A stretch of 64,000 bases of DNA from NCBI GenBank assembly GCA_963664115.2, contig CAXWPJ010000002.1, positions 416,001 to 480,000 of the forward strand, in the 5' to 3' direction. The translations under genes and the position numbers were made by a program. The first letter of the stretch is position 1. Each line of letters opens with the position of its first letter. Of the stretch, positions 9,869 through 19,183 are shown in pieces. The notes under the pieces were generated by a model that saw only the letters and a program-made list of their open reading frames with translations, was not told the DNA's origin and did no database searches. Source of the stretch: Terriglobia bacterium. GTDB taxonomy: Bacteria > Acidobacteriota > Terriglobia > 20CM-2-55-15.

Positions 9869-11014
9869 TTGGCGAAGCAGATACTGGTAACCGGCGCCAC
9901 GGGATTCCTCGGGAGCCACTTATCTTATGCCCTCCTTCGGAGAGGTCATCGTGTCACAGCGTTGGCGCGCCCTTCGAGGACCGACAGTCCCCGGGATCGT
10001 GTCATGGACGCCATCGCTCGTGTGGGATCGGATCCGGACGAGATCCCTGCTCTAATTGAAGGCCTGGACGTGGTCGAAGGCGACATCTCCCTGCCCCGAT
10101 TAGGGCTGCCCGAATCCGAATACCTGCGCCTGAAGACAAGCATCGACGAAACCTGGCACAGTGCAGCGTCGCTGTCATTCGCGCCGGAAGATCGCGACGC
10201 GATCTTCAAAATGAATGTGGGGGGAACAGAAAACATCATCAATCTCGTGGCCGAGACCCGCAGCCAGCGTCTCCATCACGTCAGTACTGCTTACGTGGCT
10301 GGCCAACGGACCGGTGTGGTCATGGAAGACGAAGTCAAAGTCGGCCAGAAGTTCAAGAATCCATATGAAGAATCCAAATGCGAGACGGAGATCCTGATCT
10401 CTGCCGCCACCCAGGACAAGCGTGTCCGCGCGAGGGTGTATCGTCCGAGCATCGTCATCGGCGATTCGGACTCGGGCCGCGCAACACACTTTCATGGCGT
10501 CTATGCCTTTATCCGTGGCCTCTGGACAGCAACCCGACGACTGCGGCGAGGGCAACCCGATTCCACAATCGTCGACCTGCCGCTACGGGTTCGGGGTTCG
10601 GAGTCGACGACACTGAACTTTGTTCCGATCGACTACGTAACTGACGCGATGCTCGAACTGGCGTCGCAGGAAACGGGCGACGGCAGAACCTACCATTTGG
10701 CGAATCCGATACCCACCGAAAACCGTCTATGGTTGAACATTGTCTGTGACCAACTCCGTGTCCGTGGCATCCGGCTGATGGGAGCCGAGGCCTTTCTCGC
10801 CGACCCCATGACCCGCATGGAAGCTATATTTCACCGACAGATGGCTTTCTACTACCAGTACCTCGGAGGCGAACCTCGCTTCGACTGCAGTCATGTGCTC
10901 GAGAGCTTGAAAGACACGTCGATACGATGTCCGGAAGTGACTCCCGATTTTGCACGCAAAATGACAGGTTGGTACATCGACAAGCTCGGCAGGAACGGGA
11001 ACTCTGAGCGGTAG
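9869..11014 (+). CDS. Extended SDR, fatty-acyl-CoA/thioester reductase-like (NAD_binding_4)
   Basis: VTGATGFLG, EGDIS.PRLGL, HVSTAYVAG, YEESK, RPSIVIG and VPIDYV. Confidence 0.85.
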   Translation: MAKQILVTGATGFLGSHLSYALLRRGHRVTALARPSRTDSPRDRVMDAIARVGSDPDEIPALIEGLDVVEGDISLPRLGLPESEYLRLKTSIDETWHSAASLSFAPEDRDAIFKMNVGGTENIINLVAETRSQRLHHVSTAYVAGQRTGVVMEDEVKVGQKFKNPYEESKCETEILISAATQDKRVRARVYRPSIVIGDSDSGRATHFHGVYAFIRGLWTATRRLRRGQPDSTIVDLPLRVRGSESTTLNFVPIDYVTDAMLELASQETGDGRTYHLANPIPTENRLWLNIVCDQLRVRGIRLMGAEAFLADPMTRMEAIFHRQMAFYYQYLGGEPRFDCSHVLESLKDTSIRCPEVTPDFARKMTGWYIDKLGRNGNSER

Positions 11015-11033
11015 GCGGCCCCGATAACGGCGC

Positions 11034-12527
11034 TTATAGAAAAAACTGATTCAGAAAATCTAAATACTGGGCACCCAATCTGTCGGGTGTGAACTCTTTG
11101 CGGAAACGTAAGTGTGCGGCCTGCCCGAGTGCATCCCTGTAATCTCCCTCCTCTATCATCCGACAGGCCCGGTCAACAAAATCCCCGGCCGATAATGCGA
11201 TCATCTCCTCCAGTCCGACAAGTTCGGCGCCGCGGTTGGATCGCGAATCGTGCGGGTAGCCGCGCACAATGACCGGCTTGCCCGCAGCCATTGCATCCAG
11301 TATCGAACGGACATCAGCGTTGGGAAACGACACGATGTAGAGATCGATCATTTGCAGAGATTCGGCCTCCCCCACTGGCTGAGGGAGAAACCTCACCTGA
11401 GGCAACACGTCGCGCGCATGTAAATAAGTGCGGGCTCTCCGGCTATCCCCCGAACCCAGAAGCAGGTGGAGATGCGTGGGGGACCGCCGTAGAATCTCTA
11501 CAAGAGCTTGGAGGTATCCCTCGTCCGAACACGTTGTTCCCTCGCCGAAAGTTGCAGAAATCGTCAGAAACGCTCCCATATCAGCGCGGTTTGCACCATG
11601 GGATGCGTCCCCTCGAGAGCTTGAATACGCGCCCGACACTGGCGGAATCCAACGGCTCAAACGTCCTGGAAACTGTGTTTCCTCGAACGCATCTCTGAAC
11701 AGATGTATGGTACCATCGAAAAGGTCTGCGTCCATCTCGACGTCATGATTGACGTTAACCTGCACGGGAGCCGGTCTGAGCGCAGCAACTTGAGTCGTGA
11801 TCTGCTCGCCCAGATCAGCATGGTACAGGGCGACGTCAACACCGGCTTCTGAGATCGCTCGAGCAACCCGTTTTGCGCGCTCAAAGAAATCCCCTTCAAC
11901 ACTGCCCGGCGAAATCTCTGTGCCGAACTCCGGCACTTGAGATCCACCAGAGGGGCCGGGACTAAAAAACCAGGAGGAAAAATTCTCGGTTGTAAACACC
12001 CGCGACCGCACACCGGCCTCACCTAAACTCCGGCAGAGATCGCGAACATAGAAGCTTACGCGGCCGGGCAACAGGGATCCGACAACGTGGGCGACGCTGG
12101 GAAGTCGTCCGTGCAATGCTTCGCCTCGAGTGACGGCGGAAGGAACCACCGCCCATCCTTCAAAAATCTCTCCTATCTGACGCGACCGGGCCGGGTCCAG
12201 CCCTGCGTACAACGCCCTCTGAAAGTAGTCCAGGGCAGAGGCCGGATCGTGGGCGAGAAGCCCTTGTCCGATCTGAAACGCGGAGGCGGCCAGCCGAGCT
12301 CTCTCCCCGGAATGGTATAGGGCCAAGGTATAGGTGTGGTTGAGGATGTCAGATGCGTAAGCGGAGGCGTGAACGGCGGGTTCTAGCAAGCGCACCGCGC
12401 TTGCATAATCCCGCGCCTCAAAAGCCCGGAATGCCGCTTCGTATTTCACGATGCTGCCCGTGGCACGTCCCATCGCGAGGCGCCCGAGAAATCTTTGCCA
12501 TATATGGCGGCGATTTCTTCCAGCCAA
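11034..12527 (-). CDS. Helical/TPR-like N-terminus + GT41 (OGT/HMW1C-like) glycosyltransferase domain
   Basis: AALRPAPVQV and DLYIVSFP...LDAMAAGKPVI resemble GT41 motifs. The true start is probably downstream of 12527. Confidence 0.6.
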   Translation of the reverse strand: MAGRNRRHIWQRFLGRLAMGRATGSIVKYEAAFRAFEARDYASAVRLLEPAVHASAYASDILNHTYTLALYHSGERARLAASAFQIGQGLLAHDPASALDYFQRALYAGLDPARSRQIGEIFEGWAVVPSAVTRGEALHGRLPSVAHVVGSLLPGRVSFYVRDLCRSLGEAGVRSRVFTTENFSSWFFSPGPSGGSQVPEFGTEISPGSVEGDFFERAKRVARAISEAGVDVALYHADLGEQITTQVAALRPAPVQVNVNHDVEMDADLFDGTIHLFRDAFEETQFPGRLSRWIPPVSGAYSSSRGDASHGANRADMGAFLTISATFGEGTTCSDEGYLQALVEILRRSPTHLHLLLGSGDSRRARTYLHARDVLPQVRFLPQPVGEAESLQMIDLYIVSFPNADVRSILDAMAAGKPVIVRGYPHDSRSNRGAELVGLEEMIALSAGDFVDRACRMIEEGDYRDALGQAAHLRFRKEFTPDRLGAQYLDFLNQFFL

Positions 12528-12537
12528 CCGTGATGGT

Positions 12538-12543
12538 TATAAT
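12538..12543 (+). promoter_or_regulatory. -10 box (TATAAT) of the tRNA-Sec gene
   Basis: Perfect TATAAT 10 nt upstream of the tRNA 5' end. Confidence 0.6.
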
Positions 12544-12553
12544 GCTCTTAGAC

Positions 12554-12651
12554 GGGAGTGAGTAGGGTCCGGTGACTCTCCTGGCCTTCAAAGCCAGCGG
12601 GATGTCGGGGAACCGGCGTCCGGTGGGTTCGACTCCCACGCACTTCCGCCA
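12554..12651 (+). tRNA. selC: tRNA-Sec (anticodon UCA)
   Basis: Anticodon arm CTGGC-CT-TCA-AA-GCCAG (TCA at 12588-12590), 6-bp D stem with CGGT loop, long variable arm, T arm GTGGG-TTCGACT-CCCAC, G discriminator + CCA; 98 nt. Confidence 0.95.
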
Positions 12652-12668
12652 AGTTTACCGGGCCCTCG

Positions 12669-13016
12669 TCAGCCCTTGAGTGCAGCGAGGGCGTCGGCCT
12701 CTTCGTCGAAGGTGTCGAAAACCGTCAGAAGTTTCGTCATCTGCAAAAGGTCTTTTGCTTTGGCAGTCAGTTTCAGCAGCTTGACGTCACCTTTCTTGTT
12801 CCTGACCGTCGTGTAAATCGACACGAGTTCCCCGAGCCCGGAGCTGTCAATATAACTGACGTCGCCGAGGTTCAGTACAAACTTCAGATCACCATCGTCG
12901 ACGGCACTGCGAACGGCGTCCCGGAGCGAGAGCACGGATTCCCCTATCGTCAGCCGCCCCGACAGCTCAAGAACGTTCACCCCATCTTCCTTGCGTGTTT
13001 TTATCGATAAGCTCAT
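12669..13016 (-). CDS. STAS-domain anti-sigma factor antagonist
   Basis: LSGRLTIG, LNLGDVSYIDSSGLGELV; AGGAGG RBS. Confidence 0.93.
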   Translation of the reverse strand: MSLSIKTRKEDGVNVLELSGRLTIGESVLSLRDAVRSAVDDGDLKFVLNLGDVSYIDSSGLGELVSIYTTVRNKKGDVKLLKLTAKAKDLLQMTKLLTVFDTFDEEADALAALKG

Positions 13017-13272
13017 TCAGCCTCCTTGAATATCTTATTAGTGCGGACAACGGGGCCGCCGCGTAGGTTAACTTCAACGACAGCGAGTTTCAAGAGCGTT
13101 TTCAATAAGAACAGCCTCGCCAGCCTTAGCAGCCCGTGAAAGGCCTGCACCTGAGGCGGAAGGGCTTCGAATTGAACTGGGCGGGGTTCACTTCATCAAG
13201 TAGAATATTCATGTTGTCTGGCATTGTAGGGCGAAATCGCCCCATCGAATCAATTCGCTTTCGGAACCAGCG

Positions 13273-15249
13273 GTGAAACTCAACTTCAGGATCTCCAGAA
13301 CGATCTTTCTGACCCGACTCGCGTTCATCACGTTCGTTTTCTTCGTCTCCGTGGCGGTGGGATTGATCTTTACACAGGAGTCCGCCCGGATTCCCCTGAG
13401 CGCTGACTCACTATCGCGGGCCGCGGGAGCCTACGAATTCTCCTGGGCTCCTGACGGCGAAAACCTCGCGTTCGTATCGGCTCAGGGGGGCACCTCAGAA
13501 ATCTGGCTGGTCGACGCCAACGCAGGTGCCCCCCGACGCATCACCTCGGATGGTTTGCCCAAGTCAGACCCCCACTGGTCACCCGATGGCGCATGGATAG
13601 TGTATGTGGTCACTCAACCCGGGGGACAAGGGGACATCCACGGAGTCCGACCGGACGGCGGTCCTTCGGAAGCCTTCGTTCAAACAGCGGCCGACGAGAC
13701 CGAACCACGGTGGTCGCCAGAGGGCGCTCAACTACTTTTCGTTTCCGATGCCTACGGCACTCGCCAACTGACGATTCTAGACCTTGAAAACGATACAACC
13801 CGGCGACTGGCTGACACACCGGCTGCAGAGCCTCGTTGGTCACCGGATGGTCAGTGGATCGCTTTCGTCTCAAACCCCCTGCCCAACGACAACCGCATGG
13901 ATAACGAAGACATCTTTCTTGTTTCCCCCACCGGCGGCACCCCTCGTCTACTGACGCCGGGAACGCAGCGCTACCGGGACTATTCCCCCTCGTGGTATCC
14001 GGATTCGCGTCGACTGACTTTCGCCTCCGAAGAAAACGGATACAGCAACCTCTTCATCGTCGACATCGAAAGCGGCAATCGAACAACCTTGACCGATCAG
14101 GAAATCGATCAGTTTCATCCACGCTGGTCTCCCGACGGCGATACGATATCGTTCGTTCAAGTCACCGAGGACTCCGGGTTTCACGTCTGGACCATCCCGG
14201 CAGAGGGCGGGCGTTCCATCCAGGTCTCGGACCGCGCGGGGACCAACGGAGGTTACAGCCGCAGTACCTCGAGTCCCAGGGGCACGATCGCGTGGTCTCC
14301 GGATGGTGAGCGTCTTGCATACACACACTCGGATCCGGCTCGCACATCCGACGTCTGGGTCGTCGCCCCCGACGGGGGCCGCGTGACACCTCTGACAAAT
14401 TCAATACCGTCGGAATTGCGCCAGGAGGCCCGTTTCACCTCTCCGGAACTGGCCCGCTATTCCAGCTTTGACGGTACCCAAATTTCCTCGCTCGTATACC
14501 GGCCGCCGGGACGAAGCTCGGATGAGCGATTCCCCGCAGTTCTCTTTTTCAGGGACACGCTCGAGGGACAAAACGCTTTGTCGTGGAATCCCTTCATCCA
14601 ATCTCTTGTCAGCAACGGATATCTGGTTTTCGCACCGAATGTCCGGGGTTCCTCGGGTCAGGGCAAAGACTTTCGACAAGCCGCATTCAGTCTGGGAGGT
14701 GAAATCGATGTTCGGGATGCCTTTTTCGGGCTGGATCGACTCGCCGGAGACGGACTGATCGACTCGGAAGCCGTCGGGGTGTTCGGCGCTGGTACTGGAG
14801 GATTTCTCGCCACGGCCGCGCTGGCACGCGATAGTTCCCGATTCAAAGCTGCCGTCTCCCTCGAGGGGATCGTGGACCTTGTCACTGCGTCGTCTTATCC
14901 GGCGATGACAGCCTGGGCACGATACATCACAGGCTCAACCCCGTTGGCCGCGCCGGAACCTTACTACGAAAGGTCTCTCACTAACTTCGTCGGCGCGCTG
15001 CGAACGCCCATCATATTTCTCTACGGTGGGAACGATCCAAGAGCGCCCTTTCAACAGATCGAACAATTCGCCGTGCAGGCCGAAATCGAGGGCAAGTGGT
15101 TTGACTACCGGGTTTTCGATGCTGAACCCCACGGGTGGCATCGTTGGCGACCTGCCTCTCTGCGTGTTGTACTGGAAGCAAGTAACGCGCTGTTTGAAAG
15201 ATACCTGCGTGGACGAAACCGCGATATACGTCTCACACGCAATCGCTGA
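13273..15249 (+). CDS. S9 prolyl-oligopeptidase-family homologue with TolB-like (PD40) beta-propeller; catalytic Ser absent
   Basis: Repeated WSPDG blades; C-terminal alpha/beta hydrolase segments PNVRGSSGQG, GVFGAGTGG, GGNDPRAP and EPHG. Confidence 0.85.
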   Translation: MKLNFRISRTIFLTRLAFITFVFFVSVAVGLIFTQESARIPLSADSLSRAAGAYEFSWAPDGENLAFVSAQGGTSEIWLVDANAGAPRRITSDGLPKSDPHWSPDGAWIVYVVTQPGGQGDIHGVRPDGGPSEAFVQTAADETEPRWSPEGAQLLFVSDAYGTRQLTILDLENDTTRRLADTPAAEPRWSPDGQWIAFVSNPLPNDNRMDNEDIFLVSPTGGTPRLLTPGTQRYRDYSPSWYPDSRRLTFASEENGYSNLFIVDIESGNRTTLTDQEIDQFHPRWSPDGDTISFVQVTEDSGFHVWTIPAEGGRSIQVSDRAGTNGGYSRSTSSPRGTIAWSPDGERLAYTHSDPARTSDVWVVAPDGGRVTPLTNSIPSELRQEARFTSPELARYSSFDGTQISSLVYRPPGRSSDERFPAVLFFRDTLEGQNALSWNPFIQSLVSNGYLVFAPNVRGSSGQGKDFRQAAFSLGGEIDVRDAFFGLDRLAGDGLIDSEAVGVFGAGTGGFLATAALARDSSRFKAAVSLEGIVDLVTASSYPAMTAWARYITGSTPLAAPEPYYERSLTNFVGALRTPIIFLYGGNDPRAPFQQIEQFAVQAEIEGKWFDYRVFDAEPHGWHRWRPASLRVVLEASNALFERYLRGRNRDIRLTRNR

Positions 15250-15363
15250 TACTCGCCGATTCGGAATGACAGTAGTTTGGACAACAAACAAATCCGGCAC
15301 CAATCATGGACATTCAAAAGCGGGGATAGTAGTTTCTAAATAACTTGCTAGGAGGAAGAATAA

Positions 15364-16270
15364 ATGCACACATGGCTCGCCTATAGTCTGATGGCTCTCC
15401 TGTTGCAGCAACCCGCCACCGTGGAAGCTCGGATCATCAATTATCTTAGAGACAATCTGCAAGCCGGTCAGGGCGTCGATCCTGCAAGCCGGTCAGGGCG
15501 TCATCTCCGACCTGGTCAACGACGTGTTCACCTCGGCCGAAGAACGAGAAGCCCTGAGCCGTCTCTACAACACGTTCTTTAAGGTTCCGACATTTCTGGC
15601 GCAGTTTCAGGCAAGCACAGGAGAAGTCCCCTCCCTGCAGGAAATTTCGGAGCAATTTAATCTCGCAGATGTCCCAGGGGCCGCGGATGTCATGCTTCGA
15701 GTGATGGAGGCTGACCCGAGGGTTCCAACGTTTTTCGAACGAGATCCAGCCACGGGCGAAATCCTCAGTATGGATGTCACGCCGATTCTGAACCATCCTC
15801 AGTTCGGTCGAGCCGTTGAGCGCACGATTGCCGGCTGGGAAGGCCAGCAAATACCTCCGTTCACGATGACAACCTTTGAGGGTGAATCAATATCTTCGGA
15901 TGCGGTCGCTAATACGCCTCACATGGTCTATGTCTGGTTCACCAACTGTCCCCCTTGTATCCAGACGGCACCCCTGCTGGTGGAACTCGAAGTCGAATTT
16001 GCAGACTCGGGATTTACGATTGTCGGGGCCAACGCCGATCGGTATCTGGAACTCCCCTACGACGACCAGACCCGCTTTGACTACGTCGAAAGGCTCGGCA
16101 TTCAGTTCACGAATGGACACCTTACCGAGGACATGCAGAATTCATACGGCGGCGTCAGTGTCTTCCCAACAATGTTCTTCGTGAACAGAAACGGCACAAT
16201 CGTCAGGCACTTCGTCAACTTCCAGGAAAAAGAAGCCCTTGAGGAAGCCGTTCGCGCCACGCTCCAGTGA
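15364..16270 (+). pseudogene. Exported TlpA/thioredoxin-like protein (CPPC) split by a 25-nt insertion
   Basis: AGGAGG RBS and signal-like N-terminus at 15364; WFTNCPPC and VFPTMFFVN in the 15524..16270 frame. Removing 15478-15502 joins the two frames. Confidence 0.75.
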
Positions 16271-16332
16271 GCCTGGAGCGGATGGCAGATCGCTGACTGC
16301 CTGGCTCAGACTGGGAGAACCAGAGTTGTAGG

Positions 16333-16361
16333 AAGGGGCGGATTCCGTTCGCCCCTTTTAT
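16333..16361 (+). terminator. Intrinsic terminator
   Basis: AAGGGGCGGA-TTCCG-TTCGCCCCTT followed by a T-rich tail, between convergent genes. Confidence 0.65.
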
Positions 16362-16624
16362 TCTGCAGAAATACCGATTTCAAGCAAGCCCTGACTCAAG
16401 CTCTGACTCAATCGAGGAGGCAGTTCTCCCGGGTATCCTTCGAGAGTGCGATGCTCCTCGTAGTACTGCCCTGCATCGTTGAGGTCGGCCCGCCCCAGTG
16501 CCGTGTGGCATGCCACGCAGCTACGGTCTTCCATTTCCGCTATTTCCGGCGTTCCGTAGACACCTGGAGCGAACGCGGCTACAGCGACACAGGCGATCGA
16601 TACAGCCACCAAGAATTCTTTCAA
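16358..16624 (-). CDS. Small exported monoheme c-type cytochrome-like protein
   Basis: AGGAGAG RBS before TTG 16624, hydrophobic signal peptide, single CVACH motif. Confidence 0.7.
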   Translation of the reverse strand: MKEFLVAVSIACVAVAAFAPGVYGTPEIAEMEDRSCVACHTALGRADLNDAGQYYEEHRTLEGYPGELPPRLSQSLSQGLLEIGISAE

Positions 16625-16716
16625 GAAACCCTCTCCTACATCTGGAATTTCCGCGTGTCCCAGGGCCCAACCAGATCCTAATGAGTGCACCAATTCTTGT
16701 GCTACGATACCACACA

Positions 16717-17790
16717 ATGTTCCCGACATTTAGACGCCTGAAGCGCGGTTCTGTGAGCGGCCTGGCCGCTGGCGTCGTGAGCATCTTGGCCGCTGGCGCA
16801 ATAGGCATTTCAACAACCGGCGCCTATGCCCAGGACTTCACCTTGAGCGTCGACGTCCCTGTCGTCAGCCTCGATGTCTCAGTCACCGACGAGAATGGAC
16901 AACCTGTAGACGGCCTGAGGGCCGAAGACTTCGAGATTCTGGAGAACGGAGAGCGACAACAAGTCCGCTACTTCGGCTCGAGCACTGCGCCATATCACGT
17001 ATACCTGCTCTTCGACAGCTCTGGCAGCACGCGGCATAAGTGGGATTTCATGCGCCGTGCGGCTGCGGGATTCGTTGAATTCATCAAGCCGCAGGACCGT
17101 GTTTCGGTTGGCATTTTTGACGCCCGCTTGAAGACTCTTACGGATTGGGATGATTCAAGAGAAGATACCCTGGCTGCCCTGAACCCCATCACGAGCGGGT
17201 GGAGGTCAGGAGGCACAACAGAATTTTATCGGTCCCTCGAACGCGCGATCGAACGCTCCTTCGACCGTATCCGGGAACGCCGCGCAATCATCGTTTTGAC
17301 CGACGGCAGAGACACCTCACTCTACAGGGAAATTATTCGACACAATCGCGTGATGCGGCCTGAAGAGGACAAACGATTCAATGACCTGTACCAGGCAGCG
17401 GCAGAGGGAGGCATCCCCGTCTACTTGATCGCGGTCAACACGGACCTCAATCTCGACGGAAACACCGAGGGCGCGGACGAGCACCGGAACCTTAAGATTA
17501 TTTATGGAGAATCTCCCGTCCCGAAGCAGTACCTGGAGCAGGTGCGCATTCGCATGGGACGGGTTGCTGAGATTTCCGGGGGGCAGATTCTATATCCGAA
17601 AACGCTGGACGATGTCGTCCCTCTGTTTGAACAGATCGGACAGACCTTGGGCCACAGCTACAGTATTGGATATGTCCCGGAAATCGAAGGACCGGACACT
17701 GTGCTGCGACGCATCGTCGTCAAAACCGGAAACGATGCGCACTCTGTCCGGCAATCTCGCGCCGGGTACTACGTCACAGCCCCACAGTAA
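16717..17790 (+). CDS. VWA domain protein (acidobacterial VWFA-related type)
   Basis: Signal-like N-terminus, DVSVTD..G.PV.GL..EDF.ILENG..Q, MIDAS DSSGS, LTDGRD and YSIGY.P. Start 16681 or 16717. Confidence 0.88.
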   Translation: MFPTFRRLKRGSVSGLAAGVVSILAAGAIGISTTGAYAQDFTLSVDVPVVSLDVSVTDENGQPVDGLRAEDFEILENGERQQVRYFGSSTAPYHVYLLFDSSGSTRHKWDFMRRAAAGFVEFIKPQDRVSVGIFDARLKTLTDWDDSREDTLAALNPITSGWRSGGTTEFYRSLERAIERSFDRIRERRAIIVLTDGRDTSLYREIIRHNRVMRPEEDKRFNDLYQAAAEGGIPVYLIAVNTDLNLDGNTEGADEHRNLKIIYGESPVPKQYLEQVRIRMGRVAEISGGQILYPKTLDDVVPLFEQIGQTLGHSYSIGYVPEIEGPDTVLRRIVVKTGNDAHSVRQSRAGYYVTAPQ

Positions 17791-17795
17791 TGTGG

Positions 17796-17851
17796 ACGGA
17801 CACTTCATGCGACATTGTGGCTAACGAATGTAATTCGGCTGAAGTGTCCGT
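17796..17851. repeat. Perfect 12-bp inverted repeat / long hairpin after the VWA gene
   Basis: ACGGACACTTCA (17796-17807) ... TGAAGTGTCCGT (17840-17851). Confidence 0.55.
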
Positions 17852-18161
17852 GCCTTTCCGTGCTATCGGATTTCGCTCGGTCGTTCATTCAGATGACCAT
17901 CTCTGTCGCGTTCCACGCGTGGTCTGAACGCCCGGCGACCCTCGCCATCATCCTGATAGTGAGGCCTATTGGAAATTTCGGAATGTTGAGGTCCGTCTTA
18001 GAACAACCGGCACCGGTCCGACGGTGCGGGTGGACCGCCTTCAAATCAATGACGCGGTAGCCGAGGCGTCCAGAGTAAGATATTGATCGAATCGGACATC
18101 GACGAAATTACTAAGCACCGAGCTTCCGACCGAAGCCGCTAACATCAAGAAGGCAAAAACA

Positions 18162-18195
18162 AACGGGGAGCGAACCGATCGGTTCACTCCCCGTT
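18162..18195 (-). terminator. Intrinsic terminator of the ompA-family gene
   Basis: AACGGGGAG...CTCCCCGTT stem followed on the minus strand by TGTTTTTG. Confidence 0.7.
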
Positions 18196-18221
18196 GTACA
18201 ACCAAACTCCCGTTGACTATC

Positions 18222-18929
18222 TCAGTCGGCAGCCCGAAGCAACCGGACTTCAACACGCCGATTCTGCTCGCGGCCTTCCCGCGAGTCATTCCCCGCTGTC
18301 GGGTTCGCTTCGCCGAGCCCGACCATTTCGATGCGGAACAACGGAACGTTCTGACTAACCAGGTAGCGCTGCACTGCACTGGCCCGCCTCTCGCTCAGAG
18401 CGATGTTGTACCCATCGTCGCCTGTGGCATCGGTGTAACCCTGGACTTCGAGGAAATCCCCAGCCTGAACCTGACCCGCGATGCGGCCCACAGTCGCCAT
18501 GCCGTCATCCGACAGAGCGGCACTTTCCAGCGCAAACATCACCGAAACCGTCTGCGCAACCGAATAATTGTTGTGCGCATCGAATCGGCTTTGGAGCGCA
18601 CCCACCAGGTTTGTCGCCTGATCGGCGCTCTGCTGGGCGGCCTCGGCCATTCGGTCCGCGTCCGCGGCTGCGGCGTCAGCTGCATCCGCACTGGCCTGGG
18701 CGGCCTGGGCGGCGTCGTTTGCCCCAGCGATGCCCTGTTGCGCACGGTTGTCTACAGCATCAATCCTCTCGGCATGCTCCTCGGTCGTGGACTCCAACTC
18801 AGCAACGCGCGCCTGAACAGGCGCTATCTGCTGATCAACATATCCTCGAGTCGCACAACCCGACAGGGTCACAACTCCGGCCAGCATGAAGATTCCCAAA
18901 ATTGAGAAACGTCGATTTGAACTACGCAT
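18222..18929 (-). CDS. OmpA-family lipoprotein with Ala-rich coiled coil
   Basis: Lipobox LSGC; GYTDATG..YNIALSERRA; NRRVEV. Confidence 0.92.
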   Translation of the reverse strand: MRSSNRRFSILGIFMLAGVVTLSGCATRGYVDQQIAPVQARVAELESTTEEHAERIDAVDNRAQQGIAGANDAAQAAQASADAADAAAADADRMAEAAQQSADQATNLVGALQSRFDAHNNYSVAQTVSVMFALESAALSDDGMATVGRIAGQVQAGDFLEVQGYTDATGDDGYNIALSERRASAVQRYLVSQNVPLFRIEMVGLGEANPTAGNDSREGREQNRRVEVRLLRAAD

Positions 18930-19183
18930 TACCTCCCCCTTCTGAATTCGATTGATTTAGCTGCTCGTTTATCCAAGGGCATTCATTAGGAGTTCGAACC
19001 GAGACATTGCTCGGAATCGGGTCCCTCGTTCTGCACTAGACAACGTAATCTCCACAGTCCGGCATCCCGGTTCCGTGACGCCCGTAAGAGCAGCCTATTC
19101 TAGTAAACTTGACGGCTCCGGGTATATAAGAAATCGCCAGTAACTCCTTATCCCTTCAATTTATACCCCGGCCAGCCCTCAAA

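Noticed and set aside
12554-13016. Genomic island integrated at selC
   Set aside because: No integrase next to the tRNA and no duplicated tRNA 3' end seen in the window; a housekeeping-like STAS gene follows immediately.
13017-13272. Riboswitch (e.g. c-di-GMP) in the STAS/S9 intergenic region
   Set aside because: Only short GAAA-loop hairpins are present; the conserved aptamer core could not be matched.
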